49,109 bases of DNA, from positions 1-49,109 of the forward strand of contig VGJJ01000003.1 of the NCBI GenBank assembly GCA_016867455.1, read 5' to 3'. Source of the stretch: Candidatus Iainarchaeum sp. Its GTDB lineage: Archaea; Iainarchaeota; Iainarchaeia; Iainarchaeales; VGJJ01. Every line of letters begins with the position of its first letter. Positions within the stretch are counted from its first letter, which is position 1. Made by a program: the position numbers and the translations under genes. Positions 16,534-27,233 of the stretch are shown in pieces. The notes under the pieces are model-generated. The model was not told the DNA's origin and ran no database searches. It saw only the letters and a list, made by a program, of their open reading frames with translations.

Positions 16534-18134
16534 GTGCCGTTCCCCCGCGCAAAAATTTTTTTCAAGGCCAAGTATCCACTGAGATGCTTGTGGCAGTGAT
16601 TATGGTTCTTTTTCTTTTTTTGATTGTGCAGTTATTCATCGAACAAACCAATATTGATGCTCGTCGGAATCAACAAAATGTTCAAGAAGATGAAGTTTGC
16701 ACTAAACTCTCGACGATTATCACGTACATGAGTTCCAATCCCCCCTACACGGAAACGCGATTTGAATTATTATTGGATACGAATGTCATTAATGGCCGTA
16801 TTTTTGTGGGAGACGCTTTTTGCGGTTTCCTCGGCCGCGCCCAGAACGTTCAACTTTATCCGGGCGTGGTCAAAGCATTCGATGTGAATGGTATAGTGGT
16901 TTTCACGAATGATTTGAATTATTCGCCATTGCAAACACCTTCCGGTGCGCCCGGTTCTGGTTCAAACCAGAGCGGGGGAATTTTACTCCTGATTGATGAC
17001 CAAAACAATACGTGGAGCATGGAAGTGCAATCGGATGATGCGCTCTATGCTAGTTCGCACGATGACAGTAGTGTAGACCCTGATTGGGTGGAATTTCGTT
17101 TCACTAATTTAGGATTATCTCCCGCTAACATTATCACGGAAGTCCTGTTTCTCGCTAAACACTTCGAATCGAGTCACTTGGGATTAAATGGGAGTAAAAA
17201 TCGCGTGCAATGCTGGGACGGCGCGACGTGGGTGGATGTGAATGCGTATACTCCTGTTTTCACGGAAACCTATTTTCAATCCGGCAACCTTGTTTCGTGT
17301 ATTTCGGATTGGAATGCGGCCAATAACGCTCGTTTCAGAATGACCTACGAACCCAATGGGGTGGGTGACACTATTTCGATTGATTATGGTCGCGTGGACG
17401 TGAACTATACTCAAGTTGGTTCGCTTATTGACTTGTGGGAGTTGCAAACGGATTTGCCTCAACCGGTTGATTTTCGCACCGACATCAATTCAACGAGTAA
17501 CACGTTTGGACCATTACTCGGAAATGATGGGTGGGATTGGAACGCGAACGTTTACGGCGGAACTCTTTCGAGTGCCGTCTATTTCAACTCCGATCCGGAT
17601 GCGGACGGAAGCAACGCTGATAGTGTGGTTGGCGTACCTAAGCGTTTGGAAATTAAACTCGGTGGCGGAGTGAGTGGTTCTCCCTCCGATCCGGATGATA
17701 ATGCTACTATTGGCATGGCCGCGAGCGGTTCATACGGTGTACAATTTGACATTACTCCCAGTCAATGGGCACTCATTCAATCGGGATCACAACTCTTGTT
17801 CACGTTTACCTACATGGTTGACGCGGATGCGGGATGGGGTAATTCGTTGGATGCGGGAGAAGAAGCCTGGGTCAAAGTTCGTTTTGGAAATGATTCACTC
17901 ATGAATTATTTAGGCAGTGATTTAGACAGTGGCGCAGACGAAGATGCCACAAATGAAATCTGGTGGAGTTACCAACCCTCGGATGATAGCGGGTTTTACT
18001 ACGAAGATGTGTCTTCCTATGTCTCAGGAGCGGGAACATACTATCTGGACATGGGTGGCGGTCTCTCCGATTGGGATAATACGAAAGAAGGATTAGGCAT
18101 CTATATAGACAACATCAACCTGGTCGTGATCTGA
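16530..18134 (+). CDS. Minor pilin with two jelly-roll/CBM-like extracellular domains
   Basis: QG/QVSTEML class III signal; acidic beta-rich domains ending ISIDYGRVDV and IYIDNINLVV. Confidence 0.8.
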   Translation: MSAVPPRKNFFQGQVSTEMLVAVIMVLFLFLIVQLFIEQTNIDARRNQQNVQEDEVCTKLSTIITYMSSNPPYTETRFELLLDTNVINGRIFVGDAFCGFLGRAQNVQLYPGVVKAFDVNGIVVFTNDLNYSPLQTPSGAPGSGSNQSGGILLLIDDQNNTWSMEVQSDDALYASSHDDSSVDPDWVEFRFTNLGLSPANIITEVLFLAKHFESSHLGLNGSKNRVQCWDGATWVDVNAYTPVFTETYFQSGNLVSCISDWNAANNARFRMTYEPNGVGDTISIDYGRVDVNYTQVGSLIDLWELQTDLPQPVDFRTDINSTSNTFGPLLGNDGWDWNANVYGGTLSSAVYFNSDPDADGSNADSVVGVPKRLEIKLGGGVSGSPSDPDDNATIGMAASGSYGVQFDITPSQWALIQSGSQLLFTFTYMVDADAGWGNSLDAGEEAWVKVRFGNDSLMNYLGSDLDSGADEDATNEIWWSYQPSDDSGFYYEDVSSYVSGAGTYYLDMGGGLSDWDNTKEGLGIYIDNINLVVI

Positions 18135-19291
18135 TGAACGAAGAAAAGCGCGAGATTATTCCCACTCGTTTCGAACTCAAATGGTTACTCGGACCATTAG
18201 CCATTATCCTAGTGGCGGGACTCATTGCCCTCTACCTCCCGACTGTTCCGACTTCCTCATCCAATGAAAATTTTACTCCTGAACAACCTATTATTGTGGA
18301 AGAACCCGTCAACGTGGAAGCCGCTAAAATTGCGGCCGCGGCACAGTGCTCCATGACATTTGATTGTTCCACTCTCGACTGTTTAGAAAAAGTCCTCACG
18401 CATATTGATTCATCCACGCAACGTATTGATGCTGTACTCCGAACTCCCGCCCCTAAAGTCTTGCGTGATCACTTGCGCATGGCCATCAAACGCGGCGTTA
18501 TAGTACAACTGGTACTCGATCCAACCCTCAATCCTAAATTTTATTTACAAGGAGCGAATGTACGCATCAAAAGTGTGAATCGTTTTGTGGCATCCAATTT
18601 CATGATTATTGATTCATCCGTCGTTGTTCACGGAACGGATTTTTCTGTCTATGCCGCGTCACCCGATATTATTCACGTTGCGTGTGAACAATTAGAACGT
18701 GATCCCTATCTTGATTTGTTTTCCCGCGTGTGGCAAGACGAATCAACTCCATTCGTTTCCGAAACAATGGAAGAAGAAGTCATCCCCGATACTGAATTAA
18801 GTGTTCCATCCAGCGACTCGTGCGATTCCTCGGAATGCGGTCCCGACACATTCACGTGTGTGGGCACCACGAAAGTGTACACGGATTATTTTTGCTCCGA
18901 CTCGTCCTGCGTGTATCAGATTGTTCCCCTCTACTATAATTCGGATTGCGGATACACGAACCCGGGTTTCGCTCCGGATGGGTCGCCTCTGATTATTATT
19001 ACTGAAACGGAAGTTGATGAAGGGCAGGTTGCCAATGAGTTCATCGAATTCACTGCCCTTGAACCGGTAGAGTTAACCGGTTTCACTCTCCTGCGCAATG
19101 GCCAATCCGTCATCACGTTCAACGAGCCTTACATTCTAAACGGAGCGGCACGCACCTATACGGGTGTGGGAACGACCACGACTACGGTGGTGTACCTCAA
19201 CCAATTCTCTCCCCAATGGAATGTTCCCGGAACGGTTGCCACGTTATTGAATCCTAATGGAAATAGTGTCGCGGAGCGGACGTTTGACTGA
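18134..19291 (+). CDS. Membrane-anchored degenerate PLD-like domain, Cys-rich linker and lamin-tail domain (LTD)
   Basis: AIKRGVIVQLVLD and SNFMIID...HGT (HKD degenerate); LTD pattern IIITE...NEFIEF...VELTGFTL...ATLLNPNG. Confidence 0.7.
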   Translation: MNEEKREIIPTRFELKWLLGPLAIILVAGLIALYLPTVPTSSSNENFTPEQPIIVEEPVNVEAAKIAAAAQCSMTFDCSTLDCLEKVLTHIDSSTQRIDAVLRTPAPKVLRDHLRMAIKRGVIVQLVLDPTLNPKFYLQGANVRIKSVNRFVASNFMIIDSSVVVHGTDFSVYAASPDIIHVACEQLERDPYLDLFSRVWQDESTPFVSETMEEEVIPDTELSVPSSDSCDSSECGPDTFTCVGTTKVYTDYFCSDSSCVYQIVPLYYNSDCGYTNPGFAPDGSPLIIITETEVDEGQVANEFIEFTALEPVELTGFTLLRNGQSVITFNEPYILNGAARTYTGVGTTTTTVVYLNQFSPQWNVPGTVATLLNPNGNSVAERTFD

Positions 19292-19301
19292 GTGGATTGT
19301 T

Positions 19302-19826
19302 ATGCCCATTCATTTGTTGATAAAAAAAATCGGTCTTTCGTCGCGCGGCCAAGCGACTTTTCCTGATATACTTATGGCGACGTTTCTTTTTTTGCTCATT
19401 CTAGTGGGGTTGTTTACTTATTCCCAAAACACTCAGACGGCTGCGCAAGAAACAATTAATCGACGCTCGCTCGACAATGTTACATCCAACATTGCCGAAT
19501 TTATTATCAAAAATCCCGGCATTCCTGCCAATTGGGAGTTGTTGGGAGATATTAATTCCGTTACTCAATTTGGTCTCGCCCAAAAAGACCGCGTGTTAGA
19601 CGACCAAAAAGTGGTCGCATTTGTGAACTATGCTAACACGGATTATACCACCATCAAGTCGCGATTAAATATTCCCGCGTATGAATTCTACGTGACGCTG
19701 GAAGGAGGAGCATCCCTCTCTGCTGGGCAGCCAGCCCCGCTTACTCGACCCGTGAGTGTGGTACAGAGGCTCGTTACTATTAATGGAGTAGAAACTATTT
19801 TCACGTTGACCATTTATGAATCATAA
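19302..19826 (+). CDS. Minor type IV pilin-like protein
   Basis: RG/QATFPD class III signal; PGIPANWE and FGLA motifs typical of archaeal minor pilins. Confidence 0.8.
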   Translation: MPIHLLIKKIGLSSRGQATFPDILMATFLFLLILVGLFTYSQNTQTAAQETINRRSLDNVTSNIAEFIIKNPGIPANWELLGDINSVTQFGLAQKDRVLDDQKVVAFVNYANTDYTTIKSRLNIPAYEFYVTLEGGASLSAGQPAPLTRPVSVVQRLVTINGVETIFTLTIYES

Positions 19827-22800
19827 ACTCATGAAAGGAAAATCCCGTGCATTTGCCTTCAGCGCGGATGTCGTATTAGCCCTCATTCTCGTAACGAGCT
19901 TGTTTGTTTTTCTTTCTCTTCCTACTCAACCTGCACCACAACTCGAAGAGCGCAGAGTCACGGATCAATTCGTGGATGATTTGTTCGTCGCACTAGATCA
20001 TTCGGGATACATTGCGAACGAGTTGGACGTGAATGGATATTCCACGCAGACCCTGCAAAATGTGTACGCGCGTGCGTTATCATTGTTGCCAAACGCTTAC
20101 GATGTATCCCTGCGTTTGACGCAGTATCCGGTGGACATTAATTCCTGCCGCAATGGACAAGATTTTTCATCGTGTTTTCCGGATGCCAATGTTTCCTATG
20201 TAACCTATGGAAGCACCCTCCCCGCGGGAGCAGCCTATGTTCACGGTCGACGAATATTTTTACAGCAACAACCCGCTTCTCAATGCACGGCTTCCCCGCT
20301 TCCTTCTGAAAATGGGAATCCTTTCGCGCTTTATCCGCATGAAGAACCCCGCCCTGCACGTTTTGCCACGGATGTTAATCTCACGTTCGACGTGAATGTC
20401 TCCCCTGCTGGAACGCTGACGTGCGACCAAAATATCACGATTACTCTTTCCGTTACCGGCAACACGGGGGCGCGCAAACCATTAGACATGATGCTCGTCT
20501 TCGACCGCTCGGGAAGTATGAGCTGGGACGGGCAAGAAGACACGACCGATGCATTTGGTCTTGAATTGTCCGGCAGCACCGCATTCGTGGCCGATAGCAC
20601 CAGCGGTTTACGTGATGTGAATATTCAAAATTATGACCTCCCCAACTTGATTGGAACGTACAACTCTCCCGGCACGGCGCGTGATGTGGATATCAATGGA
20701 AACTACGCGTATTTGGCCGACGGAACATCGGGATTGCGCGTCGTGAATATGACTACTCTATCTTCTCCTTCCTCTGTGGCGCAGCTTGACGTAGGCGGGG
20801 ATGCATACGCCGTGTTGTCGCGCGACTCATTAACGTATGTAGCGACCTACGGTACAACTACTATTGATCAAGCAAATACTCCCAATTCAAACCGTGATTT
20901 AGTAATCGGACAAAACTCTTCCAACACGTACGTGGGACAATCTTTCATTCCATCATTGGATTTCATCACCGGCGCCACCGTGTATGTGCGCAAAGTAGGA
21001 AGTCCATCCGTTAATTTGCAGGTTAATCTGCGCAGTTCTCTGACTGGTGCCAACTTGGCCAGTGCAACCATAACTCCTGCTTCTCTTACTACATCTTACC
21101 AGAGTATTGATGTAAATTTTTCTTCACTTTATCCATTAACGAGTGGAAGCACGTATTACTTAGTGCTCACCACGTCATCCAATAATGCCACGAATTATTA
21201 TCAATGGGGTGCGCGCAACACGAATGGTTACGCTAGTGGAACAGCCTACCAAAATAGCACCAATCAAAACTTCGATACATGGTTTCAAACACGATACGTG
21301 ACTGGACTGATTGGTGTCAACACTGCCGCTAAAAATTCTCCGCAAGTCGCGAGTGCTCTCTCACTCACGGACCCGTGGCGAATGTTCGTGCAGGGAAATT
21401 ATTTGTATGTCGCGGATGGTTCATCCGGCCTGCGAATCATTGATATTTCATCCACCCCCACGCAAGTGGGTGTGTACAACACGCCCGGCACGGCGTATGA
21501 TGTTTATGTGGACGGATCCTACGCCTATGTTTCGGATGGAACATCCGGTTTGCGTATCGTGAACGTGTCCATTCCCTCTTCTCCAACATCCGTGGGAACG
21601 TATAACACGCCTGGAACCGCCTACGCGACGCGGGTGAACGGTACAACTGCCTATGTTGCCGATGGAACTTCCCTTCAGGTGATTAATGTGTCAACGATTA
21701 ACTCGCCCGTCTTTGTGAAATCGTACGTGACACCATATAATTACCGCGACCTCGAAATATTGAATGGGTGGGGCTTCATTGCAGTGGACGCAAGTATTGA
21801 AGGAATCATGACGTTTGATTTGGCACTAGGACCCAAAATTGATCAAGCCAAAGTCGCTGCCCAATCATTTATGGATTTTAACGGATGGGACTCCACGAGT
21901 GATCAAATTGGACTCGTGAGTTATTCCTCCTCCTCTACCCTGGATCAAACACTCACCATTAATTATGTGCTCGTCGAATCGGACATTAATGCATTGGTTT
22001 CAGGAGGGGGAACCGCCACGGGAGATGGAATTAATACTGCCACTTCAGAGTTAACGAGCATACGTCACAATGCCTCAGCGCTTCGATTCCAACTACTCAT
22101 GTCGGATGGACTAACCAATGCAGGGGCGAACAGCTCTACTGCTGCCATCAATGCTGCGAACAATGGAATAATCATTTACACCATTGGTTTCGGAGCGGAA
22201 GCCGACGTGACCGAACTCACCAATATCGCCAACATCACGGGCGGAAAATACTATTCGGCGCTAGACCAAAATGCACTCATTGATGTGTATACTTTAATCG
22301 CCCAAGAAATTCAACTCATTGCCACGGATGCCAATTTGGTGGCATCTATTCCAACGGATGTCAATGTTGTGATTGATGGAAACGGTTTCTTCACCGGAAC
22401 AAGCCTCGTGTTTGATATTAATACCCAGCAACCCCAGCCGTGGATTGCACAGTACACCATCCTCATTCCATGCACTTCGCAATTGGCTTGCTCTTCAACA
22501 CTTATTTCAATGCCTAGCCCCGGAACCAAATTCCAATATATTGATGCGAATGGCAATACGATCGCACTCGATTGGAATGTATTCGACACGCAATCATTCA
22601 CGTTCAGGGACTTAAAAATCGACATTCTTTCCGGAAATATTATCGGACCCGACAACATTGATTTAGTTGTCAACGTCTCAAGTGCAGGTAATGCCGACAC
22701 CAACTCTTCGACTGTCTCATTTTACGAATCGGATCCATCATTGGGGAATTTGATTACCACTACATCTATTCCTCCACTCTGCGGTTCACTTACTCCTGGG

Positions 22801-22983
22801 TGCATGTCCTCTGACTACACTTTCACCCATAATGTGGGAGCAGAAGGAGAATTGTGGGCGGTTGTTAACCCCGACCAGACTATTCCAGAATGTACGCACA
22901 ACGATCAAGACGTCATATTTTGTTACCAAAATCCATCCACACAATTCTTCACGCTGGATTATTGGGTGTGGCTCCATGTGTGA
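19816..22983 (+). CDS. Pilin-anchored adhesin: vWA domain with inserted LVIVD-type beta-propeller and C-terminal CARDB-like domain
   Basis: RA/FAFSAD signal; MIDAS DRSGS...T...SDG; repeated YVADG.SGLR.. and GTYNTPGTA repeats. Confidence 0.85.
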   Translation: MNHKLMKGKSRAFAFSADVVLALILVTSLFVFLSLPTQPAPQLEERRVTDQFVDDLFVALDHSGYIANELDVNGYSTQTLQNVYARALSLLPNAYDVSLRLTQYPVDINSCRNGQDFSSCFPDANVSYVTYGSTLPAGAAYVHGRRIFLQQQPASQCTASPLPSENGNPFALYPHEEPRPARFATDVNLTFDVNVSPAGTLTCDQNITITLSVTGNTGARKPLDMMLVFDRSGSMSWDGQEDTTDAFGLELSGSTAFVADSTSGLRDVNIQNYDLPNLIGTYNSPGTARDVDINGNYAYLADGTSGLRVVNMTTLSSPSSVAQLDVGGDAYAVLSRDSLTYVATYGTTTIDQANTPNSNRDLVIGQNSSNTYVGQSFIPSLDFITGATVYVRKVGSPSVNLQVNLRSSLTGANLASATITPASLTTSYQSIDVNFSSLYPLTSGSTYYLVLTTSSNNATNYYQWGARNTNGYASGTAYQNSTNQNFDTWFQTRYVTGLIGVNTAAKNSPQVASALSLTDPWRMFVQGNYLYVADGSSGLRIIDISSTPTQVGVYNTPGTAYDVYVDGSYAYVSDGTSGLRIVNVSIPSSPTSVGTYNTPGTAYATRVNGTTAYVADGTSLQVINVSTINSPVFVKSYVTPYNYRDLEILNGWGFIAVDASIEGIMTFDLALGPKIDQAKVAAQSFMDFNGWDSTSDQIGLVSYSSSSTLDQTLTINYVLVESDINALVSGGGTATGDGINTATSELTSIRHNASALRFQLLMSDGLTNAGANSSTAAINAANNGIIIYTIGFGAEADVTELTNIANITGGKYYSALDQNALIDVYTLIAQEIQLIATDANLVASIPTDVNVVIDGNGFFTGTSLVFDINTQQPQPWIAQYTILIPCTSQLACSSTLISMPSPGTKFQYIDANGNTIALDWNVFDTQSFTFRDLKIDILSGNIIGPDNIDLVVNVSSAGNADTNSSTVSFYESDPSLGNLITTTSIPPLCGSLTPGCMSSDYTFTHNVGAEGELWAVVNPDQTIPECTHNDQDVIFCYQNPSTQFFTLDYWVWLHV

Positions 22984-23017
22984 TGCATGCTCATTATCGC
23001 ACAACAGCATTTCGTCC

Positions 23018-24007
23018 ATGAATCAGCGCGGGGTCTTGTTTACTTTTCTAACATTTCTTTTCATTGGAGTGGTGATTGGTCTCATTGTCTTCAATACCAA
23101 CCTCTCGAATCGCACATCCACTTTTACGGTTGAAATATCCGCGCTCAATGCTATCAATTCCAAATACGATGATATTACGGATGATATCATTACGCTCGAT
23201 CATCCAATCGGTGTGCCCTCCATCCACCAGCGATTGCTGCCATTCACTCATTCGGTGGACAAAAATACCATCTCCTTCATACAAACCCTTCCTATTTCAA
23301 GTGGAAAACTCGCGCTCTATTTTGATTTGATTAATGCATATTCCATATTTGTCACCGATCAAAACACGCAGCGAACATATGATGGAGTGACTGTGACGCT
23401 GGACACTCCAAAACCTTCTGCGTGGGGAGGAAATAATCAATCCGCGCGGTTCAATATTTTGCCGCAGTGCGTACAATACTATATCCAAGACGAGAACACG
23501 GTTGGTTTGTCCAGCGACAGCACCATTGGATGCGAAACCGATTTCTCCATGCTGGCCCACGTGTCGCGGATTGACATTAACGTATACTTGCCCACGTCCG
23601 TGGATGATTATAACGCGGTAACGTGCAGCATCAATGGAAGCTCATCTTGCCCACATGAAGATTATAACGCGACAAACGGACCCTATTTTTCTATTTTATT
23701 TTTCGACACGAATTGTTCATCGTGCGCGCTCTCTACGAGTGACAAAAATATTTCAGGACACTTCGACCCAGACTTAGTGAGCACCCTCACTTATTCCTGC
23801 ACCACGCTCCCGTGCACGTCTCAACCCCTATCGTTTACTTTTGACGAGGGAGTGGCAATCACGCACAGTGATTCCCCCGTCATATTATCATCCCGCATTC
23901 ATTTCACGGATGCGATCCGCACATTCTATTATCAGGATGCCAATTACACCGTTGGAAAAACCGGTTTCGAAACGACTAAAAGTAACGTGGTGGTGTTTCC
24001 ACAATGA
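23018..24007 (+). CDS. Minor pilin-like protein, Cys-rich
   Basis: RG/VLFT class III-like signal plus hydrophobic helix; start moved to ATG 23018. Confidence 0.75.
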   Translation: MNQRGVLFTFLTFLFIGVVIGLIVFNTNLSNRTSTFTVEISALNAINSKYDDITDDIITLDHPIGVPSIHQRLLPFTHSVDKNTISFIQTLPISSGKLALYFDLINAYSIFVTDQNTQRTYDGVTVTLDTPKPSAWGGNNQSARFNILPQCVQYYIQDENTVGLSSDSTIGCETDFSMLAHVSRIDINVYLPTSVDDYNAVTCSINGSSSCPHEDYNATNGPYFSILFFDTNCSSCALSTSDKNISGHFDPDLVSTLTYSCTTLPCTSQPLSFTFDEGVAITHSDSPVILSSRIHFTDAIRTFYYQDANYTVGKTGFETTKSNVVVFPQ

Positions 24008-25134
24008 GCATACAAGATGTCCTCATCGGACTCATCGCTATTCTCGTATGCGGTTCCGTGGCGTATTTCTTCATTTTACCATCCGCCGACTATGCTTCAC
24101 AAGGAGAAGCAAAACTATACATGGATGTTCTCCCCACCGCATTTGTAAAACAACCCACCATCATAACCATTACCGCAACATCCGCATCTGGAAAAATGAT
24201 TGCTGTAGCGAGCGGAGAAAAAAAAGAAACTCTTTCCTGTCAACAAGACCCGTGCTATTTTTCTCTCACGTTCACGTATGCTGCACCCGGTACGCAAACA
24301 ATTACTGCGCGCGTTGACAATATATTGCTGGAAAAAAAAATTGAAGTAACCGAAAGTGTTTCACGCTGTCTCGATGGGACGACTGATGGAAAGTGCTCGA
24401 CCCCTCCCCTGCATTGTGAAAAATCACAACTAGTATCGCGTTGCTCCCAATGCGGTTGCCCTGATCAAAAAATATGCCAAAATGATTCATGTGTTAATCC
24501 CATTCTCGCATTCTCATTCATCTCTTTCGACCCTCCGTCCACGTATTACACGGGCATCACGCGCAGTGCTTCATATACCATTCAAAACACGTCAGGGTAT
24601 GAGGCTGATGGACTTTTTTTATTACTCATTTCCTCATACGATGCAACCGACAACTTGTTACGTGAGAGTGCGCAACAAGTGCAATTAGATGCATTACAGC
24701 CATTCGAAACATATGCGGGAACATTCGATGCCGCATTTCCAGCAACAGCTAAATTTGTTCGCTTGAAATGGTACGACCAACCCGACACCTATCCCTCTTC
24801 CACTCTTTTAGGAGAATCATCGCGTTATTCTATTACCGTGACCACGGACACGACTCCACCCCTGCCCCCCAGCCAGGTAGCGATAACTTCCACGGGCGGA
24901 AATGTCACCCTTTCCTGGAATGCAAGTCCATCCAATGATGTCAAGACCTATCGCATTTACCAGCAAAACTTTGCCTCAGGAGGATTTACCACGTATTCCG
25001 TGCTTACCGAAGACAATCAATCCCCCTACACGTTTAGCGAGACCCCTGAATCATTAGCCTATGTGATTCGCGCCGTGGATTATGCCGGAAATGAGAGTGA
25101 ACCCACGCAACCCGTGTTTGGGGGCGCCTCTTAG
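24004..25134 (+). CDS. Membrane-anchored Ig-like / Cys-rich / fibronectin type III protein
   Basis: N-terminal TM; Cys cluster; DTTPPLPP...LSWNAS...YRIY...IRAVDYAGNES FN3 signature. Confidence 0.8.
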   Translation: MSIQDVLIGLIAILVCGSVAYFFILPSADYASQGEAKLYMDVLPTAFVKQPTIITITATSASGKMIAVASGEKKETLSCQQDPCYFSLTFTYAAPGTQTITARVDNILLEKKIEVTESVSRCLDGTTDGKCSTPPLHCEKSQLVSRCSQCGCPDQKICQNDSCVNPILAFSFISFDPPSTYYTGITRSASYTIQNTSGYEADGLFLLLISSYDATDNLLRESAQQVQLDALQPFETYAGTFDAAFPATAKFVRLKWYDQPDTYPSSTLLGESSRYSITVTTDTTPPLPPSQVAITSTGGNVTLSWNASPSNDVKTYRIYQQNFASGGFTTYSVLTEDNQSPYTFSETPESLAYVIRAVDYAGNESEPTQPVFGGAS

Positions 25135-25163
25135 ATTAAAAACTCGGACTCATTTTTTGACGC

Positions 25164-25736
25164 ATGCCCAATGCTCCTTCCGCGAGACCTGGTTTATTTG
25201 CCGGACTAGCTAAAGTTCTCCATCTTCACCAGCTCCCGCGAAACGAGGAAAAAACACTTGTTACTGCACCCAAACGAGAACCCTCCGCGGGAGAAATTCT
25301 GCCCGTTAATTCTCCTATGAATAATCGAATAACCGTTTCCACCCCCAAAAATGAATCATTTATTCCATCGCCCATCACTAAAACGACGCCTCCATCCATG
25401 CCTTCTCAACCTGTAAAAAAAAATAATTCAACCACCCCCATTCCTGTTACAACCCCTTTGACCAAATCCCCCTCCTCGCCGCGATGGCCCGTGAACACGC
25501 ACCCATCTTCTTCTACTCCCGTGTCAAAAGGAATGATTATCACGGACTATGACCGCATCCTTGAGTTGGTGAAGACAAATCATCCCGTAAAACTCGATGA
25601 GATTGCCCGCATCTTGACGATGAAAGAAGAACAAGTCGCGCAAGAACTGCAAACACTTGAAGACAATGGATTAGTCGAAGTCAAATACCCCGCATTTGGA
25701 GAACCACTCATCTACTACAAACAACCCGAGGCCTGA
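25164..25736 (+). CDS. Pro/Ser/Thr-rich protein with C-terminal winged helix
   Basis: Low-complexity N-terminus; LDEIARIL...VAQELQTLEDNGLVEVKY. Confidence 0.75.
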   Translation: MPNAPSARPGLFAGLAKVLHLHQLPRNEEKTLVTAPKREPSAGEILPVNSPMNNRITVSTPKNESFIPSPITKTTPPSMPSQPVKKNNSTTPIPVTTPLTKSPSSPRWPVNTHPSSSTPVSKGMIITDYDRILELVKTNHPVKLDEIARILTMKEEQVAQELQTLEDNGLVEVKYPAFGEPLIYYKQPEA

Positions 25737-25738
25737 TC

Positions 25739-27229
25739 ATGAGCTTTCAACGCACGGAAACATACACGGTCCAGACGGACATCCTCGTGAGTGTGGACAT
25801 TGGTAAAGCCGACACGGAATTCGTGAAGAGTTACATTCTCCACACACCCGAATTTGGACCCGGAACGCGTGCATTGTTAAACGATTTGAAATCACGCATC
25901 ATTACCGAAGTAAATATTTCTTCCGAAAAAATGCTCGATGCCAAATTCGTAAACGAACTCAAAAAAACATTCCACGAAAAAGCAGAAGCACTCCTCGGAC
26001 GTGAACTTCCCGAATTATCAGCAGACGCGCGACACCAATTAGCTGCCGTCATCCTAAATGAAATGGTGGGACTAGGGCCCATTGAATTTTTGCTCGCGGA
26101 TGGAAACCTCGAAGAAATAGTCGTCAACTCCGCCACGGAACCCGTGTGGGTGTATCACAAAAAACACGGGTGGCTGAAAACCAACATCATCATCAACCCC
26201 GAAGCTGAAATTCAAAATTATGCAAGCATTATCGCCCGACGCGTAGGAAAACAAGTCACCATCCTCAATCCATTATTAGACGCTTACCTAGTTACGGGAG
26301 ATCGTGCCAACGCGTCACTGTTTCCTATTTCCTCGCGCGGAAACACGATAACCATTCGTCGCTTTCGCCGTGATCCGTGGACGGTAACCGATTTCATTGA
26401 CTCCAAGACCGCGAGTGCAGCATCAATGGCAATGCTGTGGCTAGCCATGGAATACGAACTCAACATCATCGTTTCCGGCGGAACTGGAAGTGGAAAAACA
26501 ACCTTGTTGAATGTCATGCTTCCCTACATCCAGCCTAATCAACGCGTACTCACCATCGAAGACACGCGCGAATTACAACTCCCCGACTTCTTGCACTGGG
26601 TTCCCATGACCACGCGTGAACCCAATGCGGAAGGAAAAGGAGCCGTCACCATGCTCGACTTGCTGGTTAACTCCCTGCGTATGCGCCCAGACCGAATCAT
26701 TGTCGGTGAAATTCGTCGTCAACGCGAAGCCGAAGTCATGTTCGAAGCCATGCACACGGGACACAGTGTTTATGCGACGGTGCACGCCAATACCGCGGAA
26801 GAAACCATTACGCGATTGATTAGTCCACCCATTGAAATCCCCTCATCCCTGTTAGAAGCCGTGCACTTGAACGTGGTCATGTTCCGGAATCGTAGGTTGG
26901 GCGTGCGACGCATTTTGCAGCTAGCGGAGTTTGTTCCCCAAAAAGCAGGAAGCGAAGGAAAAATACAACTCAAACCCAATATTTTGTATCGCTGGAGAGC
27001 GGCCACGGACACGATTGAAAAATACGCGGAAAGCATCCGCTTGTTTGACGAATTAGCGTTACACACGGGTTACACCGCACAAGAACTCACTCAAAATCTC
27101 TCCGAAAAACAACGCATCCTCGAATGGATGGACAAACAAAAAGTGCGCGACATTAATGAAGTAGGAAAAGTCATGGCCCAATACTACGCGGAACCGGAAG
27201 CCATTCTCAAGAAAGCAGGAATAAAGTGA
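25739..27229 (+). CDS. Type IV pilus assembly ATPase (TadA/CpaF/VirB11 family)
   Basis: Walker A GGTGSGKT, Asp box TIEDTREL, LRMRPDRIIVGE, His box TGH...TVHA. Confidence 0.95.
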   Translation: MSFQRTETYTVQTDILVSVDIGKADTEFVKSYILHTPEFGPGTRALLNDLKSRIITEVNISSEKMLDAKFVNELKKTFHEKAEALLGRELPELSADARHQLAAVILNEMVGLGPIEFLLADGNLEEIVVNSATEPVWVYHKKHGWLKTNIIINPEAEIQNYASIIARRVGKQVTILNPLLDAYLVTGDRANASLFPISSRGNTITIRRFRRDPWTVTDFIDSKTASAASMAMLWLAMEYELNIIVSGGTGSGKTTLLNVMLPYIQPNQRVLTIEDTRELQLPDFLHWVPMTTREPNAEGKGAVTMLDLLVNSLRMRPDRIIVGEIRRQREAEVMFEAMHTGHSVYATVHANTAEETITRLISPPIEIPSSLLEAVHLNVVMFRNRRLGVRRILQLAEFVPQKAGSEGKIQLKPNILYRWRAATDTIEKYAESIRLFDELALHTGYTAQELTQNLSEKQRILEWMDKQKVRDINEVGKVMAQYYAEPEAILKKAGIK

Positions 27230-27233
27230 CGGA

